Shown: positions 50,147 to 60,357, counted from the stretch's first letter. The stretch: 64,000 bases of DNA from an uncultured Actinomycetes bacterium (GCA_963746135.1 CAVUZZ010000003.1:1096294-1160293), one strand, 5' to 3'. Notes: generated by a model from the sequence alone, not told the origin. Numbers and translations are program-made.

Positions 50147-50974
50147 TCAGAGGTGCGGCTGATTGTCCACGACTCGCGCCTCATCCAGGAAGTGCACGAC
50201 CTTGCTGATTACGTCGGGATCACGCAACAGCAGGTTGTGACCCGTCCCCGGAGCTTCGACGAGTCGTGTGTCCGGGCGACGGTGTGTGAGTGCCGCCGAC
50301 AATTCGAAGTCTGCATCGGGATCGTCCGGATCATGCACAATCAGGAGGTTCGCCCCCGGCAGATCCGTTTGTGCTCCCGCAGTGAGTGCCGGCCACCAAT
50401 CACCGATGAACCGCTCTACCCGGCGCCGGAGCGAACGAGTGGTCCAGGGTGCGAGCTTCGCCCGGTGCGAGAAGACCTTCAGCGAATCGCGCACGTCCAA
50501 CACCGGTGCGAGCCACACAACGGCACGCGGGGGCCGGTCGTCGAAAGCCATAACGGTCGCCATCGCGCCGAGAGAGTGAGCTATCACCGCTTCAGATGGC
50601 CCGAAGGTGGTCTCGACTGCCTCGAGGGCGGCGGCGATCTGGAACCCGTCCGAGGTACGCCGCTCGTCCGTGTTGTGCCCGGGAGCGTCGATGGCGACGG
50701 CCCGGTAGCCCTTGCGAGCGGCGGCTTGGGCGAGGTCGAGCATTTGCGCGGCGCGTCCTCCCCATCCGTGGACGAGGATCAGCAGCGGGCCTTCGCCGGT
50801 CACGAACCCGGGCCGGGCACGACCCTCGACGTTGACCGAGATCGGCTCGACGGACTCGAGGGCTTGAGCATCTCTCGTCCCAGTCCGATCCGAGGGGCGC
50901 GGAGGGGTGAACCAAGCTCGTTCCGCAACGGACGGCAGAATCCTGACGGGGAGGGGAACCCTCACGGCGCCCAC
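50147..50974 (-). CDS. Alpha/beta hydrolase
   Basis: LILVHGWGG (oxyanion region), nucleophile elbow AHSLGA, and ..VHDPDDP.. plus a terminal GHN for the Asp/His. Confidence 0.8.
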   Translation of the reverse strand: MGAVRVPLPVRILPSVAERAWFTPPRPSDRTGTRDAQALESVEPISVNVEGRARPGFVTGEGPLLILVHGWGGRAAQMLDLAQAAARKGYRAVAIDAPGHNTDERRTSDGFQIAAALEAVETTFGPSEAVIAHSLGAMATVMAFDDRPPRAVVWLAPVLDVRDSLKVFSHRAKLAPWTTRSLRRRVERFIGDWWPALTAGAQTDLPGANLLIVHDPDDPDADFELSAALTHRRPDTRLVEAPGTGHNLLLRDPDVISKVVHFLDEARVVDNQPHL

Positions 50975-51151
50975 TCGAGCATCCCCGGGTCGAGGTCGGC
51001 AACCAGATCCAACTCGGTCAGGTTGAGGGGTGGCAGCTCCGAAGCGATGCTGGAGATACTCATGGCAGCTCCTTTCTTGAGCATTTCAACTTGCAACCCA
51101 CTCTACCCAGAGTGCGTTGCAAAATGCAACTCAAGGGCCTAGGATGGTTCC

Positions 51152-51631
51152 ATGCCAGCCCGCAAGAACCTCGATTACCTGGATTGCTCGGTCGCCAACG
51201 CCCTCGACGTCATCGGAGACCGGTGGAGTCTGCTCATTCTTCGGGATGCATTTTTGGGGGTCCGCCGCTTCGATCACTGGCAGAGGGACCTTGGAATCGC
51301 AAGGAACATCCTGGCCCAGCGACTGGATCGCCTGGTCGACGCCGAGGTCCTCGAAACCCGCCGCTACCAGGACAACCCACCCCGAGATGAGTACGTGCTG
51401 ACCGCTAAAGGCAAGGACCTGCTCGACGTCCTGCTCACGCTGTGGCGCTGGGGCGATCGATGGGCACCACCTCCGGAGCAGATGCACCGCGATCTGATCC
51501 ACCTCGACTGCGGAAAGGTCACCCACGCGGTACCGAGTTGCGCACACTGCGGGGGAGAGTTGAAGCGCTCGAATCTGCGCATCGAGCCGGGATTGGACGT
51601 CGTGGTCCAGCGGGGGAGTGTTCCCGCGTAG
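51152..51631 (+). CDS. HxlR-family winged-helix transcriptional regulator
   Basis: CSVANALDVIGDRWSLLILRDAF.GVRRFDHWQRDLGIARNILAQRLDRLV..YVLTAKG. Divergent from the hydrolase gene. Confidence 0.88.
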   Translation: MPARKNLDYLDCSVANALDVIGDRWSLLILRDAFLGVRRFDHWQRDLGIARNILAQRLDRLVDAEVLETRRYQDNPPRDEYVLTAKGKDLLDVLLTLWRWGDRWAPPPEQMHRDLIHLDCGKVTHAVPSCAHCGGELKRSNLRIEPGLDVVVQRGSVPA

Positions 51632-51633
51632 AT

Positions 51634-52335
51634 TCAGCTCTCGGACAACGAAATGGTCGTGGGTGGATAGGTGGAGAAGATGGCCAGATAGGCCGACGAA
51701 TCTCCGGTCCACTTAAGAGCCGAGATTTCATCGAGCGTGCGGCGACCGGTTAGGGCGCGGAGTAGTTCGAATGCATCTCCGCTCAGGACCGCACCGGGTT
51801 CTCTGATCCCTGCCTGCCACTCACGCTCGCCGGACCGCACGACGACCGATGAGAGTTCCGCATCCTTGATCCTTTTCCCGAACAGCCTGATGTAGCGGTC
51901 GAGCCCGATCCAGACAGCGTCCGAGTCTCGTGCTCCTCGTTGATCTACGGCACCCCTCATGTCGTGCTCGTGTGTCACTGCGTCACCCACGAGCATCTGG
52001 GCCGCTCCGGGAGGAATGAGATCCGCGGTGGGCTCCACCTGCTCGGCCAGCTTGGTCCACTCCTCGATGAGGTCGGTGACCGAATGATCCTTTCGCTTTG
52101 CGATTTGGGCACTCGTCCACTCGTTGGTTCCGACCTGTTCGAGATTGCCGACCGAAAAATCCGCGGCCACGCCGATGATGTGCGCGGCCAGATCTCTTAC
52201 CGTCCACTCGGGGCAAGCGGGGACGCGACGGACTAGGTCGTCGTCGGCGAGTGCTGTCACCAGCTCGCTTACGCGTTCTCGGCAGCCGCGGTAGGACGTC
52301 GAGTATTTCTCAATCGGCTGACCGGACGAGGTCAC
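51634..52335 (-). CDS. Maleylpyruvate isomerase-family mycothiol-dependent enzyme (DinB-like)
   Basis: N-terminal ..VPACPEWTVRDLAAHIIGV.. pattern of the TIGR03083-type domain. Confidence 0.65.
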   Translation of the reverse strand: MTSSGQPIEKYSTSYRGCRERVSELVTALADDDLVRRVPACPEWTVRDLAAHIIGVAADFSVGNLEQVGTNEWTSAQIAKRKDHSVTDLIEEWTKLAEQVEPTADLIPPGAAQMLVGDAVTHEHDMRGAVDQRGARDSDAVWIGLDRYIRLFGKRIKDAELSSVVVRSGEREWQAGIREPGAVLSGDAFELLRALTGRRTLDEISALKWTGDSSAYLAIFSTYPPTTISLSES

Positions 52336-52724
52336 CAGCGATCGTAGGGGGGCCGTCGCCCGTCGTATTGATTCCAGTAGTCGCGGTGATCCACCACCAA
52401 CCCCTCATCGTCGAAGCGAAGAAGGGACGTGCCCGCGAGAGTGATGTCCAAGCCGTCCTCGGTCCAACTCGCCCACCACTCGATTGCGGCTCGTTCTTCG
52501 CTCGCCACCGGCTCACCGAACCAACACTCGATGTTGTCTTCTTCGTTGAGTGTCCTGGTGAGGTAGTCGCGGGCACCTGTGATGCCCTCGTCGGGTTCAC
52601 GGAAAGGATAGGAGAGGTACCGGGTGTTGTCGGCATACAAAGCGGCAATCGATTGGACATCTCTTGCGGGCCACGCACGTGTCCACACCTCGGCCCATCG
52701 ACGAGCTGCTTCCTGGGTGTTCAC
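52332..52724 (-). CDS. NTF2/SnoaL-like fold protein
   Basis: VNTQEAARRWAEVWTRAW.ARDVQSIAALYADN... The start is taken as GTG 52724 to avoid overlap with the GH114 gene. Its stop overlaps the next gene by 4 nt. Confidence 0.6.
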   Translation of the reverse strand: MNTQEAARRWAEVWTRAWPARDVQSIAALYADNTRYLSYPFREPDEGITGARDYLTRTLNEEDNIECWFGEPVASEERAAIEWWASWTEDGLDITLAGTSLLRFDDEGLVVDHRDYWNQYDGRRPPYDRW

Positions 52725-52756
52725 AGACCGATGGTAAGGGTCAGCCGAACCTCCCG

Positions 52757-53554
52757 CTAGCAGGCGCGGATCCATGCCCCCAACGACAGGCGCTTGCGAA
52801 TAGCACCGAAGCCTCGCTCGATGGACTCCTTGCAGAACTCGGATCGCTGGAGGTGATATTCGACGTTGAACACGGCTTTGTCGGCCTGAGTGAACGGCCG
52901 GAGTCGTCCGCATTCCTCGTACTGCCAGCACTGTTCGTTGACTGCAAAGTCGAAGTCATCGACAAGGGTTTCAATTTGGGAGAGGTCGTTCTTGAGCCCG
53001 GCGGCGAGCCCACGGTAGTGGGCCGCTCCTGCGAGAAACCGGTTGAAGCGGAGTTGATGCTTGCCTCTGAGCGGCCATCCGGAGCGATTGCGGAATCCGT
53101 CGACATTGTCGAACTCAACGGCGTCGAAGCCCTTTGCCTCGCACATGTCGAGTCGATCGCGAAATATCGGTTTCAGGACCTGGAGCCGGCGTATATCAAG
53201 CCATCGCTCTCCCGGCCACCCGTTGGTTCTGCCGAGCAGCCGCTTAGGAAAGTCCGACGCGTCGGGTCGCCAGCGCTCCCAAGCGCCCGCACTGATGTAG
53301 CAAATCGCATAGCGCTCGTTGTCGTGGAGTGCGGCGACCTGCCAGGCTTTGGTCTCGAACCCGTCGATGTCGAACACGTCTGCTTCCACTTCAAGGTCGA
53401 GGGTTCCCGAGAGCTGATACTGCCAGTTGGATCCGGGTTCCGGCCTCACGATCTCGCCTGCCCGCGCGATGGAGGCAAAGCTCAAGATCAGAGTGATGAC
53501 CATCAGCGGCCCAAGGAGGTGCCGGCGCGAATAATGAGCAGTCATAGGTCGCAT
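52757..53554 (-). CDS. Secreted glycoside hydrolase family 114-like (endo-alpha-1,4-polygalactosaminidase)
   Basis: Signal peptide. Reads ..WQYQLSG..DVFDIDGF..AICYISAGAWERWRPD..GFDAVEFDNVDG.. Confidence 0.7.
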   Translation of the reverse strand: MRPMTAHYSRRHLLGPLMVITLILSFASIARAGEIVRPEPGSNWQYQLSGTLDLEVEADVFDIDGFETKAWQVAALHDNERYAICYISAGAWERWRPDASDFPKRLLGRTNGWPGERWLDIRRLQVLKPIFRDRLDMCEAKGFDAVEFDNVDGFRNRSGWPLRGKHQLRFNRFLAGAAHYRGLAAGLKNDLSQIETLVDDFDFAVNEQCWQYEECGRLRPFTQADKAVFNVEYHLQRSEFCKESIERGFGAIRKRLSLGAWIRAC

Positions 53555-53610
53555 CTTGCTCTATCGGACCCATCGCTCGTGGTCTTGACGCAGCCCATCA
53601 ACTGGTTATG

Positions 53611-53997
53611 TCAGACCTCGTAGGTCGTGATCTCGACCAAGTGGCCGTCCGGGTCGTGGAGGTAGATCGAGTCCGCGAGACCGTGATCGTTGAATTTATA
53701 ACGGATACTCCGAGACTCGAGCTCTTGCCGGGATGCGTCGAAGTTCCTTCTGTCTGCCCGGAACGCCACGTGCCACATCGCGAGTCCATCGGGATGCCCT
53801 TTCGGTGGGCGCTCGGAGCCTTGCGCGGGGAACAGCGCCAAACCTGTCGACCCCGTGGTGAGAAAGGCGGGGTTTCGGCCCCACTCCTCCTCGTGAACGT
53901 GTTCCAAGCCGAGGACATCCCTGTACCACTCGATGGAACTGTCAACGTCGGTGACGGTGAGGGCAACGTGATCGAGACGCTCGAGCTCGAATGGCAT
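53611..53997 (-). CDS. VOC/glyoxalase-family protein
   Basis: 128 aa: LDHVALTVTDVDSSIEWYRDVLGLE...IYLHDPDGHLVEI. Confidence 0.85.
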   Translation of the reverse strand: MPFELERLDHVALTVTDVDSSIEWYRDVLGLEHVHEEEWGRNPAFLTTGSTGLALFPAQGSERPPKGHPDGLAMWHVAFRADRRNFDASRQELESRSIRYKFNDHGLADSIYLHDPDGHLVEITTYEV

Positions 53998-54022
53998 TTT
54001 TCTCGCTCCTCTCCGGGTAGGG

Positions 54023-56082
54023 CTAATCGCGCCGCGGCGGTTTGAGGTCGAGATTACGCAACAGCTGAGCGTTCGCCGCGACGATGATGGTCGACAGAGA
54101 CATGAGAACGGCTGCGACGGCAGGAGACAGAGAGATGCCAGCCCAGGCCAGGGCGCCGGCCGCTACGGGGATTGCGAACGCGTTGTAGCCGGTGGCCCAC
54201 ACCAGATTCTCGACCATCTTGCGGTAGGCGGCCTTTGAAAGGCGAATAACGCCAACCACCGCACGCGGGTCGTCGGACGCAAGGATCACGTCGGCGGATT
54301 CGATGGCTACATCGGTCCCCGCTCCGATCGCAATACCGACGTCCGCCCGCGCAACTGCAGGCCGCGTCATTGACTCCGTCGCCGACCATGGCCACTCGGT
54401 GGCCTCGCCTCTGAAGGTCTGCAACCGTCGCGTCCTTGTCCTCGGGAAGGACCTCTGCATAGAACTCGTCGATGCTCAATTCCTTCGCGACGGCAGCGGC
54501 CACCTGCCGGGCATCCCCGGTGATCATCGCGACCTTGATCCCGAGGTCGTGCAGTGCGCGCACAGCTTCGAAGGACTCCGGCCGCACCTCATCTTCGAGC
54601 GATAATGCTCCGAGGACCCGGTCGGACTCGATGAGCCAGAGTACGGCGGCGCCCCTGGCCGACCACTGTTCGATCTGGTCGTGGAGCCTCTCGGGAACTT
54701 CCAGATTGTGCTCCCGCATCAACTGGGGACCGCCCACGGCATACGAGCGGTCCTCCACCTCGGCCTGTACTCCCCGGCCCGTCATGGACCGGAAGTTGGC
54801 GGCCGGCGGAATGGAACCCTTGGCCTCAGCCGCTTTGACGATCGCGCGCGCCAGAGGGTGCTCGCTATCGGATTCGACCGCGGCGGCGAGCGCCAGCACC
54901 CGATCCTCCTGGCCCCCCTCGGCCGTCACTACTCCGGTCACCACGTGGCTCGCGGCGGTCAGGGTTCCGGTTTTGTCGAAGAGCACTACGTCCACCTCGC
55001 GCATTCTCTCGAGGGCCAGCCGGTCTTTGATCAAAATTCCGTTGCGCGCCGATACCGCGGTCGAGATCGAGATGACGAGCGGGATGGCTAATCCGAGGGC
55101 GTGCGGACAGGCGATCACCAGCACGGTGACTGTTCGCTCAACGGCGCTTCGAGACTCACCGAACACGTTCCACGCGATGAAAGTGATGATTCCCGCCCCC
55201 GTCGCCACGAAGAATAGAAATGCGGCGGCGCGGTCTGCGAGAGCCTCCGCGCGCGATTGCGAACTCTGCGCTTCCGCCACCAGTCGCTGGATTCCGGCCA
55301 GTGCAGTGTTTGGTCCGACGGCGTCCACTCTGATCCGTAGGGAGGAGTCAGTTACGACCGTCCCCGCCGTCACGCGATCTCCTGGAGACTTCGGCACGGG
55401 CCGAGATTCTCCGGTCAGCATGGACTCGTCGACGTCCGCGCTCCCCTCAATGAGGGTTCCGTCGACGGGGATCCGTCCGCCCGGACGAACAAGGACCACA
55501 TCGCCTTCAGTGAGCGACGAGATGGGAACCGTCTCGACACCCTGCTTCGTCACGCGCTCCGCTTCGTCCGGCAAGAGCTCGGCAAGCGCCGCGAGCGCGT
55601 CGCTTGCCTGCCCGATCGCCTTCATCTCCTGCCAGTGACCCAGCAGCATGATGGTGATCAGAGCCGCAAGCTCCCACCAGAAGTCGAGATCGAAGGCGCC
55701 GAATTCGGTGGCGAGGCTCGCTCCGAACGCAACGGTTATCGCCAGTCCTATCAGAAGCATCATCCCGGGCTGGCGAGACCGAGCCTCGTGATAAGCACCT
55801 AACAGGAACGGCTGCCCTCCATAGACGAAGATGACGGTTCCGAGCACGGGTGGGATCCACTCGCTTCCTGGAATGTCGGGCGCGCTGTAACCCAGGAGCT
55901 CCTGGAACATGACGCTGAAAAAGGCGACGGGAACCGAAAGAGCGAGAGTGATCCAGAACCGGTCTCGAAACTCCGCGGGGTCATGGCCCGCGTGGTGATC
56001 GTGAGCCTGACCGTGTCCCTCGTGACCGTGGTGGTCCTCGACTGTGGCCGCCTCCAGATTGACGGCGATGTTCGGTCATCAT
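54023..56082 (-). pseudogene. copB: P1B-type heavy-metal ATPase with CPH motif and His-rich N-terminus (CopB-like), two frameshifts
   Basis: ATGATG at 56082, then a shift to the frame reading ..[34 protein letters not shown].. (junction at about 56060-56075). Core motifs are [16 protein letters not shown] and GDGVNDA. A second junction lies at about 54360-54366 before [27 protein letters not shown]. Confidence 0.85.
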
Positions 56083-56127
56083 GCTTTCTCATCACCCTTC
56101 TTGTTCCTTGCGGTCGTGTGAGGTACC

Positions 56128-56144
56128 ATACCCCCCAGGGGTAT
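56128..56144. promoter_or_regulatory. CsoR-type operator palindrome ATACCCC-n3-GGGGTAT
   Basis: ataccccccaggggtat lies in the copB/csoR divergent intergenic region, 37 nt upstream of the csoR ATG. Confidence 0.7.
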
Positions 56145-56180
56145 TGAAATGTCAAATCGCGAATAGGAGGAGAAGGCTCT

Positions 56181-56450
56181 ATGAGGGGCTACTACCAGGA
56201 CAAGGACGACGTGCTGGCCCGGCTCCGCCGGATCGAGGGTCAGACCCGCGGGCTCCAGCGAATGGTCGAGAACGACGAGTACTGCATCGACATACTCACG
56301 CAGATCACTGCGGCCTCGAACGCCCTCAAGAAAGTGGCAGTGGGCCTGCTCGACGACCACATCCGGCACTGTGTGGTCAACGAAACGGAGAAGGACAAGG
56401 ACATGGTCCACGAAGCCACGGCCGCCATCGAGCGCCTGCTGAAAGCGTGA
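56181..56450 (+). CDS. csoR: CsoR/RcnR-family metal-sensing repressor
   Basis: 89 aa: ..RLRRIEGQTRGLQRMVENDEYCIDILTQITAA..LLDDHIRHCV.. (C-H-C ligand pattern). RBS aggagga. Confidence 0.9.
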   Translation: MRGYYQDKDDVLARLRRIEGQTRGLQRMVENDEYCIDILTQITAASNALKKVAVGLLDDHIRHCVVNETEKDKDMVHEATAAIERLLKA

Positions 56451-56554
56451 TGATCGTTAGCAAGGAATGATTCACCTATCCCCCCACTAAACTGTCAGGG
56501 ACATCGTGTGCAAGCCGAGGAAATCCGCCCGGATCGGCTGGGCTGAATCGGCGA

Positions 56555-57385
56555 TTGGGGGGCAGGACGTTGAACCGTAAGACTCTGGTGGTTGGACTCG
56601 TCGCGTTGCTGTTGTTTCCCTCGGCCGCGATGGCGAAGGAGAAGGAGTCACCACCGCATCACGCCTCGGTGCCGCTCTATCTCGCGCTGGGGGATTCACT
56701 TGCGACGGGAGTGGGGTCCTCGAACCCGGAGAGAAAGGCCTACGTTCCTCGCTTCCATCGTTACCTGAGATACAACCTGGCCTGCTCGCGTGGTGCATCC
56801 AGCGTCTGCAAGGCTCTGCGGCTGGACAACATAGGCGTCAGCGGAGCAACGACGACAACGCTTGTTCAGAACCAGCTACCACAGGCCATTGCCACTCTCC
56901 AGGCGCGCAACCAAGACGGCAATCCTCGCAACGACGTCGAGGTCATCAGCATCGACATCGGAGGAAATGACGTTTTCCCCCTCGTCGGCATTTGCGCGGG
57001 TGGAGTTACACCAGCTTGCGCACAGGCGATCCAGTCTCGCTTTGCGACCGTTGCCCAGAACTTGACGCTGACTCTCACGCAATTGAGAGCAGCCGCCGGA
57101 CCCGACACTGAGATCGTCGTCATGGCGTACTACAACTCGTTGGTGGGGTGCCAGCTTGCGCAATTCGCGCCGTTGGGGAACCTCGTGCTCGAGGGTGGTC
57201 CGGGACTTCCTGTGGGATTGAACGACCTTATCCGCTCGATCGCTGCCAGTGTCGACGCGTCGGTTGCCGAAACGTTTGGGCTGCTGGGCCCGGAGGATCT
57301 CGTGGGCGGTGCGGACTGCCTGCACGCCAACGATTCGGGCTACCGGATCATTGCCGATGCTTTCGCGGAGGCGATCGACGACTGA
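56555..57385 (+). CDS. Secreted SGNH/GDSL-family hydrolase
   Basis: Signal peptide. Block I LALGDSLATG, block III IDIGGND, C-terminal ..HANDSGY.. Start uncertain (TTG 56555 or 56570). Confidence 0.8.
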   Translation: MGGRTLNRKTLVVGLVALLLFPSAAMAKEKESPPHHASVPLYLALGDSLATGVGSSNPERKAYVPRFHRYLRYNLACSRGASSVCKALRLDNIGVSGATTTTLVQNQLPQAIATLQARNQDGNPRNDVEVISIDIGGNDVFPLVGICAGGVTPACAQAIQSRFATVAQNLTLTLTQLRAAAGPDTEIVVMAYYNSLVGCQLAQFAPLGNLVLEGGPGLPVGLNDLIRSIAASVDASVAETFGLLGPEDLVGGADCLHANDSGYRIIADAFAEAIDD

Positions 57386-57586
57386 CCCCGTGATCGGTTG
57401 ACCTCTGAGCCAAACGATTTCGAGTGTGCGCCATCCTTAGCGCCTTTAGTACGGGTGGCGCACCTCAGCTAACGGGATGACCTCGCGAGTCCCCGAACCT
57501 GAACGAGCTATTCAGCCTGTTTTCAGCGATGCTTCAGGAAGACCCCGCCATCGTTGGGCCAATGATGGTTATCCCTCGGGAGAGAC

Positions 57587-58264
57587 ATGCGCGTCCTGGT
57601 GGTCGAAGACGAGAAAAGGTTGGCAGCGGGCCTCAAGAAGGGGTTGGAGGCCGAGCGCTTCGCCACCGATGTCGCCTTGAACGGGACCGATGGCCTCTGG
57701 ATGGCAAGGGAGAATTCCTACGACGCGCTGGTTTTGGACATTATGCTCCCCGGAATCAACGGGTTCAGGATCTGCTCGACGCTGAGGGAAGAGGGGATAT
57801 GGACCCCGATCCTCATGCTCACCGCAAAAGATGGCGAGCTCGACGAGGCGGAGGCGCTCGACCTCGGCGCGGATGACTATCTCGTCAAACCTTTTGCCTA
57901 CGTTGTGCTGATCGCTCGCCTACGAGCGCTAATCCGGCGAGGCGCTCCGCAGCGGCCGACAGTGCTCCAGGCGGGGGATCTCAGATTCGACCCAGGGTCG
58001 AAGAGGGTGTGGAGAGGAGGAACCGCTGTAGAGCTGACCGCCCGAGAGATGTCACTTCTCGAATTCCTGTTGCGGAGGAGAGGTCAAGTCGTTTCAAAAC
58101 GCGAGATCCTCGAGCATGTCTGGGACTATGACTTCGAAGGCGATTCCAACATCGTCGAGGTATACGTCCGTCACCTTCGAAACAAACTCGATCGACCGTT
58201 CACACGCAATTCGATTCAAACCGTTCGCGGCGCGGGCTACAGGCTGGAAGCCGATGAACCCTGA
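57587..58264 (+). CDS. OmpR/PhoB-family response regulator
   Basis: Receiver MRVLVVEDE...LVLDIMLPGINGF...LTAKD. Winged helix ..VEVYVRHLRNKL...IQTVRGAGYRL. Confidence 0.93.
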   Translation: MRVLVVEDEKRLAAGLKKGLEAERFATDVALNGTDGLWMARENSYDALVLDIMLPGINGFRICSTLREEGIWTPILMLTAKDGELDEAEALDLGADDYLVKPFAYVVLIARLRALIRRGAPQRPTVLQAGDLRFDPGSKRVWRGGTAVELTAREMSLLEFLLRRRGQVVSKREILEHVWDYDFEGDSNIVEVYVRHLRNKLDRPFTRNSIQTVRGAGYRLEADEP

Positions 58265-59627
58265 CAAGGCCCCCAGACGCAGGTGGCGCTTCGTTGCCCC
58301 GGGAAGCGTGCGAGTTCGCACGACGATGGGAGCCGTGGCGGTTGTCGCGATTGCCTTGGTGATCGCCGCCATTACGATGCTGGCAATCCTGCGGCGATCG
58401 CTCACCGACAACGTGCGAGCGGCGGCGTTACAGCGTGCCGAGGCGGTCGCGGACTTCGTCTCGGATGGTTCGTTCAGCGACCCCATCCAAGGGAGCTCCG
58501 ATGACGAATTCGTTCAGGTGTTGGACGATCAAGGTCGAGTCGTGCTGGCAAGCTCAAACGCAGAGGCTCGCCCGCTCGTCGATGACCTCCCCTCAGGCGA
58601 GAATCGGGAAGTCGAGGTTCCCTTCGATGACGACCCGTTCCTCGCAGTGGCAGCCGAGGACCGCCAGCGCAACCACACGATCGTGGTGGGACGAACGCTG
58701 GATGGCGTGGTCGAGTCAACCCAGGTAGTCGGAGGGCTACTGCTCGTTGGTATACCGCTTCTTCTGCTGCTGGTAGGCGGAGTCACCTGGAAAGTGGTGG
58801 GGCGAGCTCTGGCACCCGTTGAGTCGATGCGAACGGAAGTCGATGCCATTTCGACAAACGAGCTTCACCGCCGCATTCCGAGCGGAGGAGGCAGGGACGA
58901 GATCACGAGGCTTGCGGCGACCTTGAACAGGATGCTCGAGCGGCTTGATACGGGCCACGCGCGACAGAGGCGCTTCGTATCCGATGCTTCGCACGAGCTT
59001 CGGTCTCCGGTGGCGAGCATCCGACAGCATGCTGAGGTGGTGCTCGAGCATCCTGGTGGCTCCTCCGCCGAGGATCTCGCTTCGATTGTCCTTGCGGAGG
59101 ATCTTCGCTTGCAGCGTCTTGTTGAGGACCTCCTGTTGCTCGCAAGAATGGACGAGCATGCAGAAGATGCGCGCTCGATCGTTGTTGACCTCGATGACGT
59201 TGTGTTCGAGGAGGTCTCTCGTCGCCGCGGTGCCACAGACCGGACGATCGACAGCACTCGAGTCTCGGCAGGAAGGATCCTGGGCGATCGGAAGCAGCTG
59301 GCCAGGCTTACCGGCAACCTCCTCGAGAATGCGCTTCGTCATGCCAGCAGGAACGTGGCGGTGTCGCTAAGTCAAGCGAACGGACGCGTCGTGTTGAGCG
59401 TGGAGGACGACGGCGCCGGCGTCCCTCCTCGCGAACGGGCGAGAATCTTTGAAAGGTTCGTTCGATTGCAAGAGGCGCGAGATCGCGACTCGGGGGGCAG
59501 TGGGTTGGGGCTCGCAATCGTGTCCGAGGTGGCGGCGGCGCACGGCGGAGCCGCGGTGGTGCTGGATTCTCCTCTGGGAGGAGCTCGTTTCGAGGTTTCC
59601 CTCCCGGGGGACTCGGCCGATGCATGA
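58254..59627 (+). CDS. Sensor histidine kinase (TM-sensor-TM-HAMP-HisKA-HATPase)
   Basis: ATG 58254 overlaps the RR stop. H box FVSDASHELRSPV, N box LLENALRHA, G boxes DDGAGV and GSGLGLAIV. Confidence 0.9.
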   Translation: MNPDKAPRRRWRFVAPGSVRVRTTMGAVAVVAIALVIAAITMLAILRRSLTDNVRAAALQRAEAVADFVSDGSFSDPIQGSSDDEFVQVLDDQGRVVLASSNAEARPLVDDLPSGENREVEVPFDDDPFLAVAAEDRQRNHTIVVGRTLDGVVESTQVVGGLLLVGIPLLLLLVGGVTWKVVGRALAPVESMRTEVDAISTNELHRRIPSGGGRDEITRLAATLNRMLERLDTGHARQRRFVSDASHELRSPVASIRQHAEVVLEHPGGSSAEDLASIVLAEDLRLQRLVEDLLLLARMDEHAEDARSIVVDLDDVVFEEVSRRRGATDRTIDSTRVSAGRILGDRKQLARLTGNLLENALRHASRNVAVSLSQANGRVVLSVEDDGAGVPPRERARIFERFVRLQEARDRDSGGSGLGLAIVSEVAAAHGGAAVVLDSPLGGARFEVSLPGDSADA

Positions 59628-59731
59628 AATTCAGAAAGAGACTAGTCACCCTGTTATCGGTTGCGTCAACATATCGGTTGATTGGGGTCTCGCCAGATAC
59701 AATCTGGGTTCGACGCGACAAGGAGGCCCGA

Positions 59732-59971
59732 ATGACCGAGCTGTCCGAACGCTTCCAGAAACTGCTGTCCGACTTCGAAGACATCACGGATGAGGTCGCT
59801 CCGCACGACGCGTCGCGTTCGCTAGACGACCCGGTTCTTCAAACGTTCTGGCGGATCTGGCCGGACCTTAGCCTCTGGGCCGGATCGCTGTGGCGGGAGC
59901 TCAACGAGGATCTCGACGACTCGTCTTCACCGGCAACGGATGGGGTCACCGACGTGGGCGGGAGTGGTTGA
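59732..59971 (+). CDS. Small acidic hypothetical protein (79 aa)
   Basis: ATG 59732 after aaggagg. No family recognised. Confidence 0.45.
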   Translation: MTELSERFQKLLSDFEDITDEVAPHDASRSLDDPVLQTFWRIWPDLSLWAGSLWRELNEDLDDSSSPATDGVTDVGGSG

Positions 59972-59972
59972 C

Positions 59973-60353
59973 GTGGCGGTTCTCAGGGACGTCATGACCA
60001 CCAAGGCCTTCACTGTCAGCGCCGATGCCTCCATGGTCGACGCCGCCAGAGGAATGGCAGAGGGCAAGCTCGGATCCGCATTGATCGTTCAAGGCTCGTG
60101 GTTGTCGGGGATCATCACCGAGCGGGACATGCTGCGGGCCGCTGCCTCCGGCGACGATCTCAATGGGGTCAAGGTCAGGGATTGGATGACCAAGGATCCG
60201 ATTACCGCCTCCCCCGACACCGATACCGAGGAGGCTGCGGCGACGATGTTCACTCACGGGTTTCGTCATCTTCCTGTGACCGATGGGAACGAGATCCTTG
60301 GAGTGGTCAGTCTGCGCGACGTGCTCAGCGCCCGCATCCGTCGCCGAACCTAG
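59973..60353 (+). CDS. CBS-pair domain protein
   Basis: ..VMTTKAFTVSADASMVDAARGMAEGKLGSALIV....GIITERDML.. and ..HGFRHLPVTDGNEILGVVSLRDVL. Start uncertain (GTG 59973 or ATG 59994). Confidence 0.8.
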   Translation: MAVLRDVMTTKAFTVSADASMVDAARGMAEGKLGSALIVQGSWLSGIITERDMLRAAASGDDLNGVKVRDWMTKDPITASPDTDTEEAAATMFTHGFRHLPVTDGNEILGVVSLRDVLSARIRRRT

Positions 60354-60357
60354 GGAA

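Noticed and set aside
56079-56411. 110-aa minus-strand ORF covering the copB/csoR intergenic region and csoR
   Set aside because: It is antisense to the clearly recognisable CsoR gene and spans the operator. It has no protein-like features.
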